The position numbers and the translations under genes were made by a program. From contig OY740814.1 in the NCBI GenBank assembly GCA_963514005.1, positions 11,160,001-11,224,000 on the forward strand: DNA of 64,000 nucleotides, given 5' to 3'. Shown piece by piece: positions 63,344 through 64,000 of this stretch. Every line of letters begins with the position of its first letter. Position 1 is the first letter of the stretch. This DNA is from Raja brachyura. Its lineage: Eukaryota. The notes beneath the pieces are model-generated. The model had not been told where the DNA came from and searched no databases. It was given only the letters and a program-made list of their open reading frames with translations.

Positions 63344-64000
63344 GTAGAATCATTCACAGATATACTAATCACATCTGTTAACATGTTGTATATGTCACTT
63401 AGTAAATTGTTAATGAATACATATGTTGATATAGAAATTAGAAATTATACTTAACATTTATTTATTGTCAATAAATGGTATTAAGCTGTTGTGGGCTCTT
63501 TAGAGTTAGGATGTGTAACATAAGAACAAATCTTTAATTTAGTTATTCTGGAGAGGATTACTTTGTGTTGCATCAACTGCACTTGGCACCATTCACTTAA
63601 GTCCTATCGTGTTGCTCTTCTGGCTCCCAATTGCTACACTCCTTTCTTGGAGAAAAACATAGAAAGTTATGATTCATCAAAATGAATACATTCTTGCTAA
63701 CACTTGCTTCCAGTAATGAGATTGCAACAGGAGCAATTAAAACAAGTAGTCATTATTCATGGATCTATGTTGATCCTCTGATTTTTCAAGAGATTGGGTA
63801 TTCTTGGTAAGAGATTAGAAAAAGTTTCCCCCACCTCCCATATAAAACAAGCTAAAGAACACCAAAAATATACATTTAACACATACTATAAATTATACAT
63901 TAAATGTGATTGAGATTAGATGATCAGGCATTGACTAAAATCCAAGCGGCTGAGAATGCTCAGTCAATAGCAGAAATCCTAGATGATCGACAGATACTAT

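Overview
Eukaryotic DNA, almost certainly from a cartilaginous fish (skate/ray/shark, inferred from HE1/V-SINEs and HER1/CR1-type LINEs). The window holds the promoter and coding exons 1-7 of the retinaldehyde dehydrogenase gene aldh1a2 (raldh2) on the + strand: ATG at 12456, a 28.8-kb intron 1, and the gene continues past the window end. All splice sites are GT-AG and the reading frame is continuous. The rest is intergenic/intronic sequence with CR1 LINE fragments, tRNA-derived V-SINEs, Penelope-like fold-back repeats, hAT and PIF/Harbinger-like MITEs and one assembly gap. Top finding: a ~140-bp TSD-flanked retroelement with a (GAA)n tail, in two copies, whose 5' end is a minimal P4-less HDV-like ribozyme fold (intact at 52781-52834, - strand). 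Other notable items: a hammerhead-like core in the commonest fold-back repeat, a long intronic inverted duplication with a highly identical core, Hox/Pbx/Meis/TCF motif clusters and a CpG-rich candidate alternative promoter in intron 1. Repeat boundaries were read by eye and are approximate; no database searches were run.
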